Below, in pieces: positions 58,344-64,000 of a DNA stretch of 64,000 bases. The notes under the pieces were generated by a model. It had not been told where the DNA came from. It did no database searches and was given only the letters and a program-made list of their open reading frames with translations. This stretch comes from Acidobacteriota bacterium (GTDB lineage: Bacteria > Acidobacteriota > UBA6911 > RPQK01 > JAJDTT01), in assembly GCA_965217775.1 (NCBI GenBank), contig CBDCJH010000002.1:4896001-4960000 (forward strand). Reading direction: 5' to 3'. A program made the translations under genes and the position numbers. Every line of letters begins with the position of its first letter. Position 1 is the first letter of the stretch.

Positions 58344-59429
58344 TCAGTTGACGTGACTCTGAGACTGGGCGCTGAGTGCGACTCCCAGAGCCGAGAAGGT
58401 GACGATCGTGAAGGATCCCCCGTAGCTGAGAAAAGGAAGGGGGATGCCGATCGGCGGCAAGAGTCCAAGTGTCATTCCCACGTTCACCAGAACATGGGAA
58501 GAGATCATGCTGACCACGCCCGTGACCACCAGGATTACGGTCCTGTCGCGCGCCTCGACGGCGATGCGAATCAGCCTCATCAGGACCAGCAGATACAACA
58601 GCAAAATGGTTCCAGCGCCGATCAGGCCCGTCTCCTCGGCCAAAAGCGAGAAAATGAAGTCCGAGTGAATTTCCGGTACAAAACCGAAGTGACTCTGGCT
58701 GCCCTGACCGATTCCCCTCCCGAAAACGCCGCCTGACCCAATGGCGATCTGGGATTGCCGAGTTTGGTAACCGACGCCCTGGGGGTCCAACTCGGGATCG
58801 AGCGTGGTCAGGATTCGCTGCTTCTGATAGTCCTTCAGGTAGATCCAGACGGCGGGGGAGGCCCCCAAAACAGCAAGCAAGCACCAGACCAGGACCCGTT
58901 TCCGCAGGCCCGCCACCACGACAATGCCCAGCATAATGGGCAGGTACATGAGTGCCGTTCCCAAATCGCCTTGAAGAACGACGAGGACCATGGGAACCAA
59001 CGTCAGAAATCCCACCTTCAGGAGATGCCAAACCCCGGGATGCCGCCGGTTCAGGTTGGCCAGGGAATTCGCAAGCGTCAAGAGGACCGCCAGCTTGCCC
59101 AGCTCGGAAGGTTGAAAATGAACCGGACCCAGCACCAGCCAGCTTCGGCTGCCGTTGATTTCGGAACCATAGAGCAGGACCAGAACCAGGAGCACCAGAC
59201 CTCCGCAGTACCAGACCGGGGCATAGTCCGTGTACAGCCGGTAATCCAGGCTGACTATAACTGCACAGACACCGATACCCAGGGCAATCCAGATAAGTTG
59301 CCGGATAAAGAGCCCGCTGGAGCCGGGTTCCGCAGCGCTGTAGACACCCATGCCCCCCATGAGCGCGAGCGCCAATACCAGAATCAACAAAACGGGATCC
59401 AGCCTCGCGCGAAAACGCCGCCCTATCAT
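58344..59429 (-). CDS. rodA: Rod shape-determining protein RodA
   Basis: GSRSW, QPSE..K, DLGTA, GYQ..QS.IAIGSGG, HSDFIF, GIPLPFLSYGGS. Confidence 0.95.
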   Translation of the reverse strand: MIGRRFRARLDPVLLILVLALALMGGMGVYSAAEPGSSGLFIRQLIWIALGIGVCAVIVSLDYRLYTDYAPVWYCGGLVLLVLVLLYGSEINGSRSWLVLGPVHFQPSELGKLAVLLTLANSLANLNRRHPGVWHLLKVGFLTLVPMVLVVLQGDLGTALMYLPIMLGIVVVAGLRKRVLVWCLLAVLGASPAVWIYLKDYQKQRILTTLDPELDPQGVGYQTRQSQIAIGSGGVFGRGIGQGSQSHFGFVPEIHSDFIFSLLAEETGLIGAGTILLLYLLVLMRLIRIAVEARDRTVILVVTGVVSMISSHVLVNVGMTLGLLPPIGIPLPFLSYGGSFTIVTFSALGVALSAQSQSHVN

Positions 59430-59435
59430 GGGCTG

Positions 59436-61253
59436 CTATTGCCTCGCCATTTCCAGAATCCGGTCGGGACCCCGTTTTTCGTGGAACACCTGCAGAATTG
59501 TTGCCGCAATCGGAGCTGCCACAGCTCCGCCCGAACCGCCGGCTTCCACCAGGACAACCACGGCGATCTCGGGAAACTTCTGGGGAGCAAAACCCACGAA
59601 CCAGGCATTGGCAGTGAACCGGGAGGCTTGCCCCGCGGCAAGCTTCGAGAGGCCCGCCCGGCCAATGGTCTGCGCCGTTCCCGTCTTTCCACACACGTCG
59701 AAGCCGTTGACCTGAGCGGCTCGGCCGGTGCCAAATCGATTCACCACCTCCCACATGGCTTCCCGCACCAAGTCGAGGTTGTCACTCGAGAGTTTGATGG
59801 CAGGCGTGTTTCTTGCCGGCCGCCCCCTGGGGAGCTGGTTCCGGGCCACATGCAGGGGAGCGGCCGATCCGGTGGCCAGGATGCCTACCATCCGAGCCAG
59901 TTGAAGTGGCGTCAGGTGGACCGGGCCTTGACCGATGGAGACAGAAACTGTTTCCCCGCGATACCACTTCTGCCGGTAGGTCCGCCGTTTCCATTCCTTG
60001 GACGGGACCAATCCGGCGACCTCCCCCACCAAGTCGATTCCCGTTGGCCGGTCGAGGCCGATGGCGTGTCCGAAACCGGAGATCAGATCGATGCCCAGGC
60101 TCTTTCCGAGTTGGTAAAAGTACACATTGCACGAGCTGCGGATCGCTTCCCGGAGCGACACGGATCCATGCCCACCCTGCTTCCAGCATCGGAAATGATG
60201 CCCGTACAGAGTTACGCCGCCGCCGCAAAAATAGGACCGATTCGGATCGATATCCCCCAATTCCAGACCGGCGAGCGCCACCACCAACTTGAAGACCGAC
60301 CCCGGGGCAAACGTACTCTGGAGCGCCCGATTCTGGAGTGGATGGTGTTCGTCTCCGACGAGACGTTTCCATTCCCGTCGGCTGATTCGGGCTGCAAACC
60401 GGTTCGGGTCGAAAGCCGGCTGACTCACCATGGCCAATATTTCGCCGTTTCGGGGATCGAAGGCAACCACCGCTCCCCGCCTGCCGCCGAGTTGCCCTTC
60501 AGCCGCGATCTGCAGGTCAAGATCAAGCGTGAGCTCCAGCGCGGACCCCTCCTCGGGAGGGACACGCGCCAACTCGTCGATGGTGCGTCCCAGGCTGTCG
60601 ACGAGTATTTTCCGGGATCCGTTCCGGCCCGCCAGATGATGATTGTAGACCCGCTCGACGGCGTACTTTCCCACGATGTCGCCGGCCCTGAAATCGGAAA
60701 ACTCCGCCGTCTCCAGTTGAACCCGGGAGGCCTCGCCCACGTAACCCAGGACATGCGCGGCCAATTCACCGTACGGGTACGACCGTCTCGGTTCGGCCAC
60801 AACATCCAGCTCCGGATGCTCGCCTTTCCGGGAGAGGAAATAGGCCACCTCCCCCATGGCCAGGCTCTTCTTGACCACCAGCGGCTGATACGGGGAATAG
60901 CCGTCGGTCACAGCGAGGCGCTGCTCCAGACTCTGTCTGTCAAGACCAAGTCCCTGGACCAGAAAGTCCACGGTGGCCTCCAAGTTTGACGCCTCGCTCC
61001 GATAACACACCAGGCTGAACGAGTTCACACTGCTCGCCAATACCCGCCCGTCGCGATCGTAGATCACTCCGCGGGGGGCCCTGATGGGGATCGTACGAGC
61101 GCGGTTGCGCTCTGCTGCCACGCTATGCTGCGTGAAATCGACGACGGTCAGATGCCAAAGCTTCAGGAACAGCCCCAGAAACAAGATGACGAGAAGGCGT
61201 CGGATCCATCTCAGACGAAGCCGGCAGAATGAATTGTCCTGATAGATGGGCAT
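59436..61253 (-). CDS. mrdA: Penicillin-binding protein 2
   Basis: APRG.IYDR.G, R.YP.G...AHVLGY, PGSVFK, SCNVYFY, GKTGTAQ. True start is taken as MPIYQD; the ORF-track extension is MITE sequence. Confidence 0.95.
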   Translation of the reverse strand: MPIYQDNSFCRLRLRWIRRLLVILFLGLFLKLWHLTVVDFTQHSVAAERNRARTIPIRAPRGVIYDRDGRVLASSVNSFSLVCYRSEASNLEATVDFLVQGLGLDRQSLEQRLAVTDGYSPYQPLVVKKSLAMGEVAYFLSRKGEHPELDVVAEPRRSYPYGELAAHVLGYVGEASRVQLETAEFSDFRAGDIVGKYAVERVYNHHLAGRNGSRKILVDSLGRTIDELARVPPEEGSALELTLDLDLQIAAEGQLGGRRGAVVAFDPRNGEILAMVSQPAFDPNRFAARISRREWKRLVGDEHHPLQNRALQSTFAPGSVFKLVVALAGLELGDIDPNRSYFCGGGVTLYGHHFRCWKQGGHGSVSLREAIRSSCNVYFYQLGKSLGIDLISGFGHAIGLDRPTGIDLVGEVAGLVPSKEWKRRTYRQKWYRGETVSVSIGQGPVHLTPLQLARMVGILATGSAAPLHVARNQLPRGRPARNTPAIKLSSDNLDLVREAMWEVVNRFGTGRAAQVNGFDVCGKTGTAQTIGRAGLSKLAAGQASRFTANAWFVGFAPQKFPEIAVVVLVEAGGSGGAVAAPIAATILQVFHEKRGPDRILEMARQ

Positions 61254-61270
61254 GACTACCGATGGACCTT

Positions 61271-61596
61271 TAGCAGTCCGTGGTGAAAGTCTCGCGAGCA
61301 CCGAGACCGGCCCTGCGCCCGCCGGACCAGGCGCGATGAGGAAGCATGCCGGGAGTATGTGACCGAGTCGCAACGCAGTCCGCCGGGATGCAGGGACGGT
61401 CGAATGCCGTGACGACTTTTGCCACGGGCTGCTAAGAGTCCGTGGTGAAAGTCTCGCGAGCACCGAGACCGGCCCTGCGCCCGCCGGACCAGGCGCGATG
61501 AGGGAGCATACCGGGAGTATGCGAGCCGATAGCAACGCAGTCCGCCGGGATGCAGGGACGGTCGAATGCCAGGACCACTTTTACCACGGGCTGCTA
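61271..61596. mobile_element. Tandem pair of MITE family A copies between mreD and mrdA
   Basis: Two head-to-tail units of about 160 bp (61273-61432, 61435-61594), separated and flanked by TA. Confidence 0.9.
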
Positions 61597-61642
61597 TGAG
61601 ACTGCTGCGGCTGGACTGCCCTGACCTGTCCAAAGCGGCCTC

Positions 61643-62212
61643 CTAGTAGGGATCTTCCTCGACCATCGAATTCCTGGAGAAATTCCTGGGAGGAAACTTT
61701 ATCCGATCGTAACCGCGAAAAATGAAGACTCCGACCACCGACGTGAGGCAGCTGCGAGTAACGATGAACAGCAGCGAGCTGTCCGACAACGGCTGTCCGA
61801 GTAAGTCCAAGATAGCAACGATTAGAACCATGTCAAGGGAGGCTGCCGCCCCCAACAACAACATGCGTCCGAGAACGCCTTCCGCCGCCGCCCTCAGGCG
61901 CAGCAGACCAACCAGACATCCAATCAAGGTCTTGCTCAAGCCGTTGAGTCCCAAGAGGGTTCCCAATAGCAGATCGGAGAGCAGGCCGAAGCAGGTGCCC
62001 CAGAACGCACCCTTGGCCGCCGTCGAATGCAGGGAAAGGTAGAGGACCAGTATCAGCGGCAGATCCAGGTAGCGCCGGAACTCCGGCAGCACCCTGCTGA
62101 GCAGAATTTCGAAGCCTCCTGCGAGCAGGAGCAGAATCAGAATCTCGGTTCGGGAGAATCGGGCTTGCAGAGGGGTCCAACTCGTCTCGGCGACCGGTCT
62201 CGGACGCTTCAA
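61643..62212 (-). CDS. mreD: Rod shape-determining protein MreD
   Basis: Hydrophobic, D..LI.V, G...GL..D.L.G..LG; between mreC and mrdA. Confidence 0.88.
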   Translation of the reverse strand: MKRPRPVAETSWTPLQARFSRTEILILLLLAGGFEILLSRVLPEFRRYLDLPLILVLYLSLHSTAAKGAFWGTCFGLLSDLLLGTLLGLNGLSKTLIGCLVGLLRLRAAAEGVLGRMLLLGAAASLDMVLIVAILDLLGQPLSDSSLLFIVTRSCLTSVVGVFIFRGYDRIKFPPRNFSRNSMVEEDPY

Positions 62213-63018
62213 GGCTCTCGCGCGACGAGGACTTCCTCGATTTTGGAAAAATCGACGAAGGGCTCGACCTTGATGTTGCGATTATTCTTTTCTCCTTTCT
62301 CGGAACTCACTATACGGCCGACCGGAATGCCCTTGGGATAGATCCGGTCGGCCCCGGAAGTGTAGACGAACTCTCCGACATCCACCGGCTCGTGATTGGG
62401 GATGAAATTCCACTCGAGGAGATCGCTTCCGTCGCCCTGGAGCACACCTTGCAGGCGGGAGTCCGCCAGCATGGCGCCGGCCGAAGCGCCACGGTTGGTC
62501 ACCAGCTCCACCTCCGAGCTCATGGGTGTGGTCGCCACGACCCGCCCCACGATTCCGGAGAAACCGATGACGGCCAAGTTTCGCTTGACGCCGTGACGGG
62601 TCCCGATGTTGATGCCGAGTCGACGACTGAAGAAGGGAGCGGTCTTCCAGATAATGGTGGCCATTGTGGTTTCGAAAAGATACTGGCGGGCGAGGATCCG
62701 GAGTTCCGTGCTGCGGCCCAGCATCGACTGAACGCTCTTGAGCTGCGCGTTCTCGAGGCGAAGCCTCCCGATCTCTGCCTCCAATTCCTCGTTCCGCTCC
62801 TGAACTCCGAAGAGAATCACATAGCGATTCAACACTCCCTCGATGCTGTCGGCCATTGCCGAAACCGCCAGCGCAAGAGGGGAGATCACGGCCACTCCCA
62901 GGGTTCTCAGCAGTGTCTGGCCGTCGGGATTCCGAACCTGCGACGAGATCAGCACCAAATGCAACACGATCGCCAAGATGACGAGGGGCAGTGACTTCCG
63001 TTCGACCGACCAACTCAT
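62209..63018 (-). CDS. mreC: Rod shape-determining protein MreC
   Basis: N-terminal TM, coiled coil, G.VGRV, TSG.D.IYPKGIPVG, P.VDF...EEV. Confidence 0.95.
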   Translation of the reverse strand: MSWSVERKSLPLVILAIVLHLVLISSQVRNPDGQTLLRTLGVAVISPLALAVSAMADSIEGVLNRYVILFGVQERNEELEAEIGRLRLENAQLKSVQSMLGRSTELRILARQYLFETTMATIIWKTAPFFSRRLGINIGTRHGVKRNLAVIGFSGIVGRVVATTPMSSEVELVTNRGASAGAMLADSRLQGVLQGDGSDLLEWNFIPNHEPVDVGEFVYTSGADRIYPKGIPVGRIVSSEKGEKNNRNIKVEPFVDFSKIEEVLVAREP

Positions 63019-63035
63019 AGCTGATCCGGAGCTCC

Positions 63036-64000
63036 TCAGGAGCTGATTCTTCTCAAGAGATCGATGTCCTCGAGCATCTTTCCGGTGCCGATGGCGACGG
63101 AGGAGAGTGGATTCTCGGCCACATAGACCGGAAGGCCCGTCTCCCGACTGATTCGGTAATCCATCTTTTGGAGCAGCGCTCCTCCCCCGGTCAAGATGAT
63201 GCCCGTGTCCGAGATATCGGCGGACAACTCGGGCGGCGTCCTCTCCAGGGCGACTCGGACCGCATTCACGATGGCCACCATGGAGTCGGCCAGCGCCTCG
63301 CGAATCTCCTCGTCGGTGACGGTCACGGTCTTGGGTATTCCCTCGATGAGATTCCTTCCCTTCACTTCCGCGGTGATGGGATCCGGCAATTCAGACGCCG
63401 ATCCGAGCTTGATCTTCACTCGCTCAGCCGTCCGCTCGCCGATGAGCAGGTTGTGCTTTCGCTTGACGTACTGAATGATGGCTTCGTCCATTTCGTTTCC
63501 CGCCACCCTGACGGAGCGGCTGTGGACGATCCCCGCAAGACTGATGACGGCGATGTCGGTGGTCCCGCCGCCGATGTCGACGATCATGTTTCCGTTCGGC
63601 TCGGTGATGGGAAGACCAGCCCCGATGGCCGCCGCCATCGCTTCTTCCACCAGATAGACCTCGCTGGCCTTCGCGCGCAGCGCAGATTCGCGAACCGCCC
63701 GCTTTTCCACCTGGGTGATCTCGGAAGGGATACAGATGATGATCCGGGGATTCAGCAGAAAATTCCTGTTCTGAGCCTTCCTGATGAAATAACGGAGCAT
63801 TTCCTCGGTCACGTCGAAGTCGGCGATGACCCCATCCTTCATGGGCTTGATGGCAACGATGTTGCCCGGTGTCCTCCCCAGCATCTCCTTGGCGTCCGTC
63901 CCCACGGCTTCCACCTTGTTGGTGAACCTGTTGATGGCGACGATGGAAGGTTCGTCGACGACGACTCCTTTCCCGCGTGCGAACACGAGAGTATTCGCCG
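63036..64000 (-). CDS. mreB: Rod shape-determining protein MreB (start outside the window)
   Basis: EPSIVA, PMKDGVIADF, AAAIGAGLP, VDIGGGTTD, LTGGGALL. Confidence 0.97.
   Translation of the reverse strand, partial: ANTLVFARGKGVVVDEPSIVAINRFTNKVEAVGTDAKEMLGRTPGNIVAIKPMKDGVIADFDVTEEMLRYFIRKAQNRNFLLNPRIIICIPSEITQVEKRAVRESALRAKASEVYLVEEAMAAAIGAGLPITEPNGNMIVDIGGGTTDIAVISLAGIVHSRSVRVAGNEMDEAIIQYVKRKHNLLIGERTAERVKIKLGSASELPDPITAEVKGRNLIEGIPKTVTVTDEEIREALADSMVAIVNAVRVALERTPPELSADISDTGIILTGGGALLQKMDYRISRETGLPVYVAENPLSSVAIGTGKMLEDIDLLRRISS

Noticed and set aside
61254-61535. N-terminal extension of PBP2 in the ORF track
   Set aside because: It is translated MITE sequence; the ATG at 61253 gives a normal PBP2 N-terminus with its TM anchor.
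61271-61596. Tandem repeats as a possible CRISPR array
   Set aside because: Units are about 160 bp with terminal inverted repeats and no unique spacers, and no cas genes are present; they are MITEs.

Overview
High-GC bacterial chromosomal segment, most likely Acidobacteriota. This is inferred from the acidobacterial-type VWA protein and the gene order; secreted ankyrin and NHL proteins hint at a host-associated, possibly sponge-type, lifestyle. Most of the window is core genome: pyrG-kdsB, priA, udg, yicC-gmk-rpoZ-coaBC-era, an msbA-like transporter, tdh-kbl, a large (Alu-containing) SRP RNA, tRNA-Leu(TAA), gltX, pdxJ, rsmI, argC-argD-argB, gatCA, ribF, mazG, rng and mreBCD-mrdA-rodA. It also holds an uncharacterised catabolic-looking cluster. 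No transposase, integrase, phage gene or CRISPR array is visible. The strongest lead is a DUF1611/DgcN-like P-loop protein that heads the ARG-box-preceded argC-argD-argB operon, where the missing N-acetylglutamate synthase step would be expected. Other leads are a HAD phosphatase/AIR-synthase-like fusion, two gene insertions bracketed by diverged duplicates of gene termini (one leaving a 32-aa translational bridge ORF), four families of non-autonomous repeats, and an extra hairpin in the SRP Alu domain. All calls come from reading the sequence and recalling motifs; no database searches were run.
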